From: an uncultured bacterium
Lineage (GTDB): Bacteria > Fidelibacterota > Marinisomatia > Marinisomatales > Marinisomataceae
NCBI GenBank assembly: GCA_943841495.1
Contig: CALSYL010000001.1
Coordinates: 126,645 to 190,644, forward strand
Direction: 5' to 3'
DNA length: 64,000 bases
The stretch's first letter is position 1. The number at the start of each line of letters is the position of its first letter. The notes beneath the pieces are model-generated. The model was not told where the DNA came from. It saw only the letters and a list, made by a program, of their open reading frames with translations, and did not search any database. Below, piece by piece: positions 10,018 through 19,602 of this stretch. The position numbers and the translations under genes were made by a program.

Positions 10018-10954
10018 GTAGATCAATAGACTTTACAGAATTAATATCAACATTATTTAATTCACCGCACCAATAGCTTAACCAGTCAATATAATTGATT
10101 AAGAAAAAAAGTGATGTGAGATTTTTTGGCACATTGTCGGGAACTGTCAAATGAGCAGCATAAGAAACTTTTGTGGATAAAATTTCATTGGTTATGTTCA
10201 TTCGTTCTATATTTTTTGGCCATCCAATATGTATCCAAATCATAGAAAAATGTTTTTTATCAATATTTATGTTTTCCCACCCAACAATTTCATTATGATT
10301 CATTTCAGGAATTGTAATATTATATGATAGCATTTTACTATTCTCATTCAATTGAGATTTTAATCGAAATCCAATTGAAGACAAATCTTCTTCCGTTACA
10401 ATAATTGGAATAGTTTTATGAATTTTTTTGGCCTGCTTGTATACTTCAGATTTTTTTGAAGAAGATTCATCTGCAAAATTTTTAAGGCATTCAAAATCAA
10501 TATTTGAAATTCCCTCTTTGTCAAAAATTGAAATAAGAATTGCTAAAGAAAAACCTAGGGCTGACCTTGGAGGATATCCTTTGGGTAATAATTGAAATTT
10601 TAATTTATCAGATTTTGCTTTCTTAAGTAATTTGCCTCCAGTCGTAATAACCATAGAGTGATCTGTAAGCCTTGAAGCATAATCATAGTAAGAAAGTGTT
10701 TCTTCAGTATTTCCTGAATATGAACAAAATATTACAAAGGTTGATTCATCAATTGGAGTATTTGGAAAATAGTTTCTTTCAACAACAATCTCTAATTCCG
10801 GAAATAAATCTTTTAAAATTAAACCAGCTATAGCTGAGCCACCCATACCAGCAATTACAATCTTATTTACTGCCCCAAGATCAAAATTTTCTCTATCAAA
10901 ATCTTTGTAAGAATCTTGAATATGTTTATAAAAATTGGCTATATGTTCTTTCAT
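9998..10954 (-). CDS. Bifunctional phosphoglucose/phosphomannose isomerase (SIS-domain PGI/PMI family)
   Basis: GMGGSAIAG, SYSGNTEET, PPRSAL, QLNENSK, PEMNHNEIVGW. Confidence 0.88.
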   Translation of the reverse strand: MKEHIANFYKHIQDSYKDFDRENFDLGAVNKIVIAGMGGSAIAGLILKDLFPELEIVVERNYFPNTPIDESTFVIFCSYSGNTEETLSYYDYASRLTDHSMVITTGGKLLKKAKSDKLKFQLLPKGYPPRSALGFSLAILISIFDKEGISNIDFECLKNFADESSSKKSEVYKQAKKIHKTIPIIVTEEDLSSIGFRLKSQLNENSKMLSYNITIPEMNHNEIVGWENINIDKKHFSMIWIHIGWPKNIERMNITNEILSTKVSYAAHLTVPDNVPKNLTSLFFLINYIDWLSYWCGELNNVDINSVKSIDLLKKKIS

Positions 10955-11910
10955 TTTTTTCTCTTAATAATATAATAAATTAATTCTTTCAAACCTTCTT
11001 GAATGTCTTTAGGAAGATTGATTATAATTTCATCGCATTTCGAAATATATTTTTCTAATAATTGCTTAGCTTCAGATTTGATATTATTTGTTTCAAAATA
11101 TTCTAATACTGCGCTCTTTTTTTTATCTTTATCATGATCTAAAATTGATTGTCTAAATCTACTCCAAGATTTTGAATCTTTTTCAAGTGCAATACAATTT
11201 AAGATTGTTTTTTTATCTCTAATTACATCTGAATATGTACCTTTTCCCATTTCAATATCATCTGATATTAATTCTAAGATATCATCTTGAATTTGAAAAA
11301 TTACCCCTAAATTTCTACCAAGCATTTTTAACTCATTAACATAATTTTCATGTTCATTGCTAACAAGAGCAGCTATTTCAAAACATAACTCAAATAAAGA
11401 TCCTGTTTTCTTTTGACTCATTTTAAGATAATCTTCAACAGTAATATTTTCTCTACCTTCGAACTCCATATCATATGCTTGTCCCTCACATATTTCCAAG
11501 ATAACCTCATTATATCTAATCAAAATTTTTAAAGTATTTTTTTTAATTTTTCCTATAAATAAAGGTCCTAGAGCTCCTAAGCCATCTCCAGATAAAACCG
11601 CGTGAGCATTGTCCCATTTCTCATGGATTGTTGTGACGTTATGCCTTAATTCATCTTCGTCCATAATATCATCATGAACCAATGTAAAGCTATGCAATAA
11701 TTCAACTCCTAAAGCACCATTTACAGAGTCTTCAATTTTATTATTAAAAAGATCGCCTAGAAAAAGTACTATAATTGGCCTAAGTCTCTTACCTGGTGAA
11801 TTGACAAAGTATTTTATTGGATCATAAAGATAATTGGGACCTTTGATATCTTGAATTTTTGAAAATTCTTTTAAAAAAATAGATTTATAATTTTCAAATT
11901 TATTCATCAA
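10951..11910 (-). CDS. Short-chain trans-isoprenyl diphosphate synthase (IdsA/GGPP synthase-like)
   Basis: GKRLRP, HSFTLVHDDIMD (FARM), EGQAYD, KKTG, FQIQDDILE (SARM variant). Confidence 0.9.
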   Translation of the reverse strand: MMNKFENYKSIFLKEFSKIQDIKGPNYLYDPIKYFVNSPGKRLRPIIVLFLGDLFNNKIEDSVNGALGVELLHSFTLVHDDIMDEDELRHNVTTIHEKWDNAHAVLSGDGLGALGPLFIGKIKKNTLKILIRYNEVILEICEGQAYDMEFEGRENITVEDYLKMSQKKTGSLFELCFEIAALVSNEHENYVNELKMLGRNLGVIFQIQDDILELISDDIEMGKGTYSDVIRDKKTILNCIALEKDSKSWSRFRQSILDHDKDKKKSAVLEYFETNNIKSEAKQLLEKYISKCDEIIINLPKDIQEGLKELIYYIIKRKK

Positions 11911-12643
11911 TATCTAATTTTTCTAATATCTTTTGTGTGTCTTTGTATCCATCTTCTGCTGAAGGCGCACCAGCTTGAAATACGCTACAATTTTCCTGCT
12001 CATTCATGATTTTGGCTAGAGGATAATCATTTCCACCTTCCATAGTTCTATCTCCTATAAAAATATATTTATCATCAGGATAAAACTTTTTTACTTCAGA
12101 TAATACTTGAGATTTATTCATTCCCTTAGGAGTTATATCGATTGAAATTTGACCTCCTATAACAGCATCAAGGTTATTCCATTTTTTTATGATTTCATCT
12201 GAAATAATGGATCTTTCATTTGATTTAACATCGTATTCAAAATAGTCTAACCTTTCTTCTAATGAACAATCTCTTCCAACTATACTAAAATTTAACATTG
12301 AACCTCTATCCTCGATATGATTACCAGCTCTTATAGGGTAAGGGCTGTCTTTTAGCTTAACTTCAAGAAATTCTAATAAATCTTTTTCAGGTTTGAACTC
12401 ATGATTATATGAAAGATTGCCATCAAGCCAAAGCTGATTTCCTCCACAAGTAAAAACACCTTCTGACATATCAAGAATATATTGAGGTACCTGTTCTTTA
12501 ATTTTTTCTAAATTACTTCCACTAACAAGAAAAAAAGTGTGGTTTTTTGCCCATTTACTATAAAATTTTTCAAAATCTGGTGTCATTTCTCTTCTTGATG
12601 GAGTTAATGTTCCATCCATATCAAAAATATATATTATTTTCAT
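11900..12643 (-). CDS. HAD-IIB phosphomannomutase of the eukaryotic PMM (Sec53/PMM2) family
   Basis: FDMDGTLTPSR, SGS.LEKIKEQ, IEDRGSMLNFSIVGRDCSLEER, GGQISIDI.PKG.NK, FIGDRTMEGGNDY match eukaryotic PMM motifs in order and length. Confidence 0.82.
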   Translation of the reverse strand: MKIIYIFDMDGTLTPSRREMTPDFEKFYSKWAKNHTFFLVSGSNLEKIKEQVPQYILDMSEGVFTCGGNQLWLDGNLSYNHEFKPEKDLLEFLEVKLKDSPYPIRAGNHIEDRGSMLNFSIVGRDCSLEERLDYFEYDVKSNERSIISDEIIKKWNNLDAVIGGQISIDITPKGMNKSQVLSEVKKFYPDDKYIFIGDRTMEGGNDYPLAKIMNEQENCSVFQAGAPSAEDGYKDTQKILEKLDIDE

Positions 12644-12646
12644 ATT

Positions 12647-14011
12647 TTATCCTTTTATGGTTGCAAAATACTTAGTGGATTCTTTTTTAATTCTAGGTGC
12701 TAAATATAAAGCAGAAATCATTGTTGGAAAAGCCATTAACGCAAACATCGCATCAACAATATTTACTGCTAAGTCCAATGAAAGCACAGATCCAAGAATT
12801 AAGGTTAAGACATAAAAAATTCTATAGTAAAATTTTGAACTTGCACCAAAAAGATATGATGCACACTTACATCCATAATACGAATATCCAAACATGGTGG
12901 ATAAAGTAAATGTTGCTACTGAAAAAATAAGGATGTAATCACCTACAATACCTAAATGATTTGAAAACGATTTTTGCGTTAATGATACGCCTGTAAAGTT
13001 TCCTTCTATCCACTCGCTAGAAAGCAAAATAACTATACCGGTAATAGTACAAACTATTAAAGTGTCAATAAGTGGCCCAATCATTGCTACGAGTCCAGAC
13101 TTAATTGGTTGATTATTTTTTGATGCACCAATTGCCATCACCTCTGTACCCATTCCTGCTTCATTCGAAAATGCTGCTCTTCTAAAACCTTGACTAATTA
13201 CTATTGCAGTTCCCGCAAAACCCCCTGCAACAGAACTACCATTAAATGCGCTATAAATGATATTTGAAATTATTGAAGGAACTAAAGATATGTTTGATAA
13301 AACAATAAATAAACCTGCCAATAAATAAATAACAACCATAAAAGGAACAATTTTGGATGCAACTTCGGCAATCCTACTTAAACCGCCAAAAATCACCATT
13401 GATACAAGCAATGCAATTACTATTCCTATTGATAGATTTAGATTAAAAGATTGTACTAAGCTAGTATTGGCAGACAAATAGTCTGACATAATTTGAGTTA
13501 ACTGATTTGCTTGAAGCAATGACAAGCATCCAACTAGTCCAGCAATGCTAAACCAATAAGAAAGGAATTTAAATTTTTTACCCATCCCATATTCAATGAC
13601 ATACATCGGTCCTCCTTGGAGAACATTTTCAGAATCATATCCTCTGTACATAATACCCAATGAACATGTAAAAAACTTTGTAGCCATTCCAACAACAGCG
13701 CTAATCCACATCCAAAATAAAGCTCCAGGACCGCCTAAAGATATAGCAACAGCTACACCTGCAATATTTCCAATTCCTACTGTACTAGATAATGCAGTTG
13801 ACAGAGCTTGAAAATGAGTTATTTGTCCCTCATCATCTGGATCATCATGTTTTCCTAAAAGTATTTCAAAAGCATGCTTAAAATATCTGAATGGAGTTAA
13901 TCTAGAATAAACTAAGAAAAAAATTCCTCCACCTATTACAAGATTTGCTACACCAAAATTTCCCCAAAGGAAATTTGATAACTGTGCAAAAAAATTATTA
14001 ATTATATCCAT
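12647..14011 (-). CDS. Alanine/glycine:cation symporter (AGCS family)
   Basis: FQALSTALSSTVGIGNIAGVAVAI..GGPGALFWMW, GGPMY, RAAFSNEAGMG, IDTLIVCTITG. Confidence 0.93.
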   Translation of the reverse strand: MDIINNFFAQLSNFLWGNFGVANLVIGGGIFFLVYSRLTPFRYFKHAFEILLGKHDDPDDEGQITHFQALSTALSSTVGIGNIAGVAVAISLGGPGALFWMWISAVVGMATKFFTCSLGIMYRGYDSENVLQGGPMYVIEYGMGKKFKFLSYWFSIAGLVGCLSLLQANQLTQIMSDYLSANTSLVQSFNLNLSIGIVIALLVSMVIFGGLSRIAEVASKIVPFMVVIYLLAGLFIVLSNISLVPSIISNIIYSAFNGSSVAGGFAGTAIVISQGFRRAAFSNEAGMGTEVMAIGASKNNQPIKSGLVAMIGPLIDTLIVCTITGIVILLSSEWIEGNFTGVSLTQKSFSNHLGIVGDYILIFSVATFTLSTMFGYSYYGCKCASYLFGASSKFYYRIFYVLTLILGSVLSLDLAVNIVDAMFALMAFPTMISALYLAPRIKKESTKYFATIKG

Positions 14012-14032
14012 GATTAAGTAAGTTACAATATA
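14012..14032. promoter_or_regulatory. Putative bidirectional promoter with overlapping -10 hexamers (TAAGTT +, TAACTT -)
   Basis: 21-bp gap between divergent ATGs; TAAGTT 14019-14024 and TAACTT (minus) 14025-14020 each lie 8 nt from their ATG. Confidence 0.45.
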
Positions 14033-15128
14033 ATGAAAAAAATTGACTATTATATTCTGAGAGAATTTTCGACTACTTTTTTAATTGTATCATTATTTTT
14101 TACTCTTATATCTTTAATTGTAGATATTTTTGAAAATTTAAATCGCTTTATTGATAATCAGGTTACTATGGATATTCTTCTTAATTATTATAAAGCTTCT
14201 TTACCTTCCATGGTCAGTGTTACAATCCCTGTTTCGTGCTTAGTGTCATCTGTTTTTACTTATGGTATGATGATTCAAAGAAAAGAATGGCTTGTGTTTA
14301 AATCATCCGGTTTAAGTCTCTACAGATTATCCTTTCCGGTTTTATTCTTAGGTTTAATGTTAAGTATTGGTTCATTTTATTTTGATAATACTGTAGTAAT
14401 AGAAAATAATAAGAAAAAAAACGAAATCAAGAATATCTATATGTCTAAAAATAAGAACAGGAACCAAAGATAAGAGCGTTTTTGAAAATGTATACTTTCA
14501 GATTAATCAAAAAGATTTAGTAGCTATAGAAAAATTTAATAGCAACAATAATGTAGCTGTGAATTTAAACTTTATTGAAATTGATAATGGAATGTTATTG
14601 AGAAGAATCGACTCAAAAAAGGCAATTTGGGAAGAAACGAATTCGAAATGGAATCTTAAAGATTTTTCAATAAGAGAATTTGAAAAAGATGGATTAGAAA
14701 AAAATGTTATAATCTCAAAAAATGATTCTTTGGTAGCTTTAAAATTTGAACCATATGATATCATTAAAACTGCAAGCAAGTCTGAAGAAGTATCCTACAG
14801 TGAATTAAAAAAACAAATTATTTCTTTAGAAAAAAATGGAGTTAATACACTAAGGTGGAAAGTTGATTTAAATTATAAAATAGCATATTCTTTTATATCT
14901 ATAATAGTAATTTTTTGTGGAATTCCATTATCTGTTTATAGATCAAATACCACTCTAGCTTTTGGTGGCGGATTAAGTTTAGCAACAATTTTTTCTTATG
15001 TTATACTTTTGAAATTTGGTCAATCTCTTGCATACGGAGGAGTACTATCACCTATTTTGGGTGCTTGGATGTCAAATATAGTTTTTATTAGTATTGGAAT
15101 CTATTTGATGATTAATGCTAGAAAGTAA
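14033..15128 (+). CDS. LptF/LptG family LPS export permease, split by one +1 frameshift (ORFs 14033-14473 and 14559-15128)
   Basis: MKKIDYYILREF start, E...FKSSGLSLYR motif, C-terminal LSPILGAWMSNI; second frame is open from about 14421; probable sequencing indel. Confidence 0.85.
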
Positions 15129-15133
15129 AACTA

Positions 15134-15616
15134 TTATTTATCGCTACTAATTTTTTCAATTTTAGTAACTGTAAATTTTGTTTTAATTCCACGAATATCT
15201 AGATGAAAAAAATCTCCAACTTTCTTACCAGCTACTTCTCTTCCAAATGGTGAATGATAAGTTACTATAAATGGAAATAAATCTAGCTCTTCTTCGATTG
15301 GTCCTAAGATATAGTAGTCATCGGGATTACTTTTTCCTTCTTCGAGAATAGAAACCTTATTACCAAAACCAGCTTGATCAGTAGTGATTTCATTATCATT
15401 TATAACTCTAAAGGGGGCATATGACTGCATTAGTTGAATTTTGTATACAATCAAACTTTGCTTTTCTCTTGCAGCGTGGTATTCGGCATTTTCTTTTAAA
15501 TCACCATGATCCGCTGCTTCCCCGATTTTCTCTGATGTTTCTCTTTTGAGTTTCTCAAGAGATTTGATTTCTTCATCTAGGGCAAGATGAGTATTTTTTA
15601 AAATTAAAGTTGCCAT
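15134..15616 (-). CDS. greA: Transcription elongation factor GreA-family protein
   Basis: EAADHGDLKENAEYHAARE, SPFG...GKKVGD. Confidence 0.85.
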   Translation of the reverse strand: MATLILKNTHLALDEEIKSLEKLKRETSEKIGEAADHGDLKENAEYHAAREKQSLIVYKIQLMQSYAPFRVINDNEITTDQAGFGNKVSILEEGKSNPDDYYILGPIEEELDLFPFIVTYHSPFGREVAGKKVGDFFHLDIRGIKTKFTVTKIEKISSDK

Positions 15617-15645
15617 TTATGATTCCTACTATTTATTTAAAAGCC

Positions 15646-15674
15646 AATTTACATTGGTGAAGCAAACTAATCAA
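15646..15674 (-). promoter_or_regulatory. Putative greA promoter (TTGATT-N17-TAAATT)
   Basis: Exact 17-bp spacer in the pckA-greA gap; AGGA RBS downstream. Confidence 0.55.
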
Positions 15675-15693
15675 TGAGTATAGGCAGTTTAAT

Positions 15694-17277
15694 TTATGCA
15701 CTAAATTCAGATTTAGGACCGGCTCCGATAATAGCCGAATCAGAAATATCATACTTTTCAAAATTTGATTTAAACAGTCTAGTGAGCATATTTCCTGTAG
15801 AAATATATTCTTCATGATTTGACCAACTTAAGTGAGGAACTAAAAATTTATTATCTAAACCATCAAGATTAAGTGGAATATCAAGGTTAAAAAATTGGTC
15901 TTTTGTCATTGCATTGAAGTTTAATTTATTTTCGGTAATTAAATCAATTATGTGCTTTGTTAATTTTAAGTCAATTCTCTGCGAACCGCTTGTTGAACTA
16001 GAACCAGACCATCCTGTATTGACTAAATAAACTTCTGAATTGAATTCATTTAATTTTTTTTCCAACAACTCTGCGTATTTAAGTGGATGAAGCGTTAAAA
16101 AAGGACCACCGTAGCATGGAGAAAATGCTGCAATAGGTTCATTAATTCCGGTTTCTGTTCCAGCCATTTTTGCAGTATAACCACTTATAAAGTGATACAT
16201 GGCTTGCTTCTTATTTAATCTTGCTAAAGGAGGCATGATTCCATAAGCATCACAAGTTAAAAAGATTATTGACTTGGGGTGCGGTCCTGCACTCTTAAGC
16301 TTTTTTGATCCTAAAGAATTTTCAATAAAGTCTATTGGATAACAAATTCGAGAATTTTCACTTTTAGAATTATCATTAAAATCGACTTTTTTAGTTTCAA
16401 GATTATAAACAACATTTTCCAATAAGGTACCATGCTGAATAGCATTATAAATTTCAGGTTCTTTTTCCTTATCTAAGTTAATAGCCTTTGCATAACATCC
16501 GCCTTCAAAATTAAATATTCCATTATCAGACCAACCATGCTCATCATCTCCTATTAATGGTCTATTTGCATTAGTACTTAAAGTAGTCTTTCCTGTTCCA
16601 GATAAACCGAAGAAGACAGTTGATTCCTCTTGAGATGCAGAAACATTTGCTGAACAATGCATTGATAAAACATTTTTAAGAGGTAAATAATAATGCATCA
16701 TGGAAAAAATACCTTTTTTCATTTCTCCTGCATACTCTGTTCCACCAATAATTGCAATTTTTCTTTCAATATTAAAAACTATGAAATTTTCAGAGTTAAG
16801 TCCGTATTGCTCCCAATTCTCTTCTTTGACATCGTAAGCGTTAATAATAGTAAAATCAGGATTAAAATCTTGTAATTGATCATGTGTAGGCCTTATAAAC
16901 ATATTATTTACAAAAAGCGATTGCCATGCTTTTTTTGTTACCATTCTGACATTAAGACAATTATCAACATCATCTCCTGCATAACCATCAAATACATAAT
17001 AGCTTGATGAAAGATTTTCATACGTATTTAATACTTTTTCTAATAAATAATTAAAATTTTCTTCAGAAATTTTTTGATTTACTTCTCCCCACCATATATC
17101 TTCAGTGGAAGACTTATTATCAACAATAAACTTATCATTAGGTATTCTACCAGAAAACTCTCCAGTATCTACCATTAAAGCACCATTTAAGCCAATTACA
17201 CCCTCATTGTTATTTACAGCGTCGTTTATCAATGTGTCAACATGAGAGTTTCTTTTAAAATTAGAATTTTTAATCAT
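15694..17277 (-). CDS. pckA: Phosphoenolpyruvate carboxykinase (ATP)
   Basis: YAGEMKKGIFS, MHCSAN, FFGLSGTGKTTLS, LIGDDEHGW, FNFEGGCYAK, YLVNTGW. Confidence 0.96.
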   Translation of the reverse strand: MIKNSNFKRNSHVDTLINDAVNNNEGVIGLNGALMVDTGEFSGRIPNDKFIVDNKSSTEDIWWGEVNQKISEENFNYLLEKVLNTYENLSSSYYVFDGYAGDDVDNCLNVRMVTKKAWQSLFVNNMFIRPTHDQLQDFNPDFTIINAYDVKEENWEQYGLNSENFIVFNIERKIAIIGGTEYAGEMKKGIFSMMHYYLPLKNVLSMHCSANVSASQEESTVFFGLSGTGKTTLSTNANRPLIGDDEHGWSDNGIFNFEGGCYAKAINLDKEKEPEIYNAIQHGTLLENVVYNLETKKVDFNDNSKSENSRICYPIDFIENSLGSKKLKSAGPHPKSIIFLTCDAYGIMPPLARLNKKQAMYHFISGYTAKMAGTETGINEPIAAFSPCYGGPFLTLHPLKYAELLEKKLNEFNSEVYLVNTGWSGSSSTSGSQRIDLKLTKHIIDLITENKLNFNAMTKDQFFNLDIPLNLDGLDNKFLVPHLSWSNHEEYISTGNMLTRLFKSNFEKYDISDSAIIGAGPKSEFSA

Positions 17278-17278
17278 T

Positions 17279-18190
17279 TTATTTTTTTCCTCTAGGATGG
17301 GCTTTGTTTATTGTGCTTTGAAGTTTTTCTAAACTTACATGAGTGTATATTTGAGTTGATGATAGTTTAGAATGCCCTAAAAGTGACTGTATAGCGCTAA
17401 TGCCAACACCATTATTTAATAAATGAGTCGCAAATGAATGCCTTAGAGTATGTGGCCCAAACGAGCTAACTGACAATCCTTTTAAATTACTCATAACTAT
17501 ATATTGAATTTTATTTCTTGATAACGGTTTATTTGTTTTATCGACGAACAAATTATTATCTAAGTTTGATTTTAACAATGGATATTTTTTAATTTTTTCC
17601 AAATATTTTACTAATAGTTTTTCCGCAGTATCATCAAATTTAGCGTATCTTTCTTTACCGCCCTTTCCCATGACTTTAATAGATTTTTCATTAAAGTCAA
17701 TATCTCTTAAGGTTAGATTGGTCAGTTCCTCTAATCTCATACCGGAAGTAAAAAAAAGCATAATGACAGCTTTATCTCTTAATTTTAAAATTGAAATTTT
17801 ATCAGTTTGATCAATTTTATCTAATACTTCATGAATTTTTTTCTCTGAAAGAAATGAAGGGATTGATTTCTTGAATTTTGGAGAGGGATAGGTTAAAATG
17901 CTATTTAGCGTCAAATCACTAATCAGCTCTTGATAATATAAAAATCTATAAAATGTTCTCAATGATGATAATGTTCTTGAAAAAGATCTAGGTCCAATTG
18001 ATTGACTTAGATCGCTATGAAAATCGAAAATAATCTCTTTATTGATTTTTTTATAATTAATTGAAAATTCTGTTGTATAAATCTCAAATTTTAAAATATC
18101 TCTTTTATATGCTTCTAGAGTTTTTTTAGAATAGCCTTTTTCAAATTCAAGAAATTCTAAAAATTCTTTTTTTGCTTCTTTAAATTTCAT
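17279..18190 (-). CDS. xerC: Tyrosine recombinase XerC/XerD (housekeeping)
   Basis: SGMRLEE, GKGGKER, HTLRHSFATHLL, LLGH, TQIYTHV, HPR; embedded in a core operon. Confidence 0.82.
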   Translation of the reverse strand: MKFKEAKKEFLEFLEFEKGYSKKTLEAYKRDILKFEIYTTEFSINYKKINKEIIFDFHSDLSQSIGPRSFSRTLSSLRTFYRFLYYQELISDLTLNSILTYPSPKFKKSIPSFLSEKKIHEVLDKIDQTDKISILKLRDKAVIMLFFTSGMRLEELTNLTLRDIDFNEKSIKVMGKGGKERYAKFDDTAEKLLVKYLEKIKKYPLLKSNLDNNLFVDKTNKPLSRNKIQYIVMSNLKGLSVSSFGPHTLRHSFATHLLNNGVGISAIQSLLGHSKLSSTQIYTHVSLEKLQSTINKAHPRGKK

Positions 18191-19151
18191 TATTAACTAT
18201 CAGGTTTAATAGGTTAGTAAAATATTCATTGGGTTCTGCCTCAAAAATCATTTTCTTTTTAGTATCAGGATGTGTAAAAGATATTCTAGCGGCATGAAGG
18301 TAATGCCCACTATTTTGTTCAATAACTTTATTCATCTTTTTTTGAACTTCAGGTAAATATTCGTTTAATTTATTAATTCCGCCTCCATATAAATCGTCAC
18401 CAATAATCGGGAAGCCTAATTCACTACAGTGCACTCTAATTTGATGTGTTCTACCAGTGTTTGGATAAAAATTAACAGCAGAAAAATATCTGCCATTTTT
18501 TAAGAGCTTAAATTTTGATTTTGCATTTTTCCCTTTTTGTGATGACTGAAATTTTAATGGATTTTTTTTACTTCTTGATAAAATATTATCAATTTTACCT
18601 TCGTTTTCTGTCCATTCTCCCCAGGTTAATGCTATGTACTCTTTTTGTACTTCTCTATTTTTGAATTGATCGGCAATTTTCCAATGTGCGTGCTCATTAA
18701 ATGGAATAATCATAACACCCGTTGTATCTTTATCAAGCCTATGAACAATTCCTGGTCTTAATGGATCGGGATGATTGCTTAATTCTTTTTCAAATCTATT
18801 TAAAATAATATTAACTAATGTTTTGTCTTTATTATTTGTGGTTGGATGAGAAATAATCCCTAATGGTTTATTAATAATTGCAAAGCTATTATCACTATAG
18901 ATTACTTCAAGAGGATAATCCCATTTTTTTAATGATGGAGAGATTTCGCTTAATTCAAATGAATTTTCATCAATTTCAATCTTGTCTCCATAAGATAGTT
19001 TAAGATTTTTTTTAGCGCTTTTATTATTAACAGTAATATTGCCATTCAAAATTAATTTTTGAATTTTACTTCTAGAAAATTGAATCAATCTTGAAGATAA
19101 AAAGTTATCTAACCTTATTAATTCATCTGATGATGAAACGGATATTCTCAT
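18180..19151 (-). CDS. rluD: 23S rRNA pseudouridine synthase, RluA/RluD family with S4 domain
   Basis: RLDNFL..SRSKIQ S4 domain, GIVHRLDKDTTG, TGRTHQIRVH, GDDLYG, LHA. Confidence 0.9.
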   Translation of the reverse strand: MRISVSSSDELIRLDNFLSSRLIQFSRSKIQKLILNGNITVNNKSAKKNLKLSYGDKIEIDENSFELSEISPSLKKWDYPLEVIYSDNSFAIINKPLGIISHPTTNNKDKTLVNIILNRFEKELSNHPDPLRPGIVHRLDKDTTGVMIIPFNEHAHWKIADQFKNREVQKEYIALTWGEWTENEGKIDNILSRSKKNPLKFQSSQKGKNAKSKFKLLKNGRYFSAVNFYPNTGRTHQIRVHCSELGFPIIGDDLYGGGINKLNEYLPEVQKKMNKVIEQNSGHYLHAARISFTHPDTKKKMIFEAEPNEYFTNLLNLIVNNEI

Positions 19152-19155
19152 AATT

Positions 19156-19602
19156 TTATTTATTTATAATTATAGAGCTATACAATAAGAATATCAATCC
19201 TATTGTAACCGAAGAGTCAGCTATATTAAATACATACCAATGCATGCCATTTAAATGAAAATCAATGAAATCAACAACATAACCTCTAAAAACTCTATCA
19301 ATAATATTTCCAATAGCTCCTGCAATTATAAGATATAATGCTAATTGAGAAAACTTATCTTGAAACTCTTCATTTTTTAACAAATAAAATAAATACACCG
19401 TAATTAAGATCGGCAAAATAATAAATATTGTTTTAGCTCCTTCAAAATAAATTCCAAAAGCTATTCCTTCATTTCTGATATACGTAAAGTTTAATAAATA
19501 AGGGATAACCTGAAATGAATCATAAAGATTCATTGTTGTATGTACTACAAATTTTGATAGCTGATCAAGAATGACTATCAAAACTGATAAATATTTGATC
19601 AT
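19156..19602 (-). CDS. lspA: Lipoprotein signal peptidase II
   Basis: DQLSK, NEGIAFG, GAIGNIIDR, VVDFI, FNIADS. Confidence 0.96.
   Translation of the reverse strand: MIKYLSVLIVILDQLSKFVVHTTMNLYDSFQVIPYLLNFTYIRNEGIAFGIYFEGAKTIFIILPILITVYLFYLLKNEEFQDKFSQLALYLIIAGAIGNIIDRVFRGYVVDFIDFHLNGMHWYVFNIADSSVTIGLIFLLYSSIIINK

Noticed and set aside
14414-14473. Split lptF/G as a pseudogene or phase-variable gene
   Set aside because: A single +1 shift restores a full-length essential permease. The A8 run is too common in this genome to imply phase variation.
17279-18190. Tyrosine recombinase as a phage or island integrase
   Set aside because: It has Xer-type length and motifs, overlaps rluD within a core operon, and has no att repeats, tRNA target or cargo.
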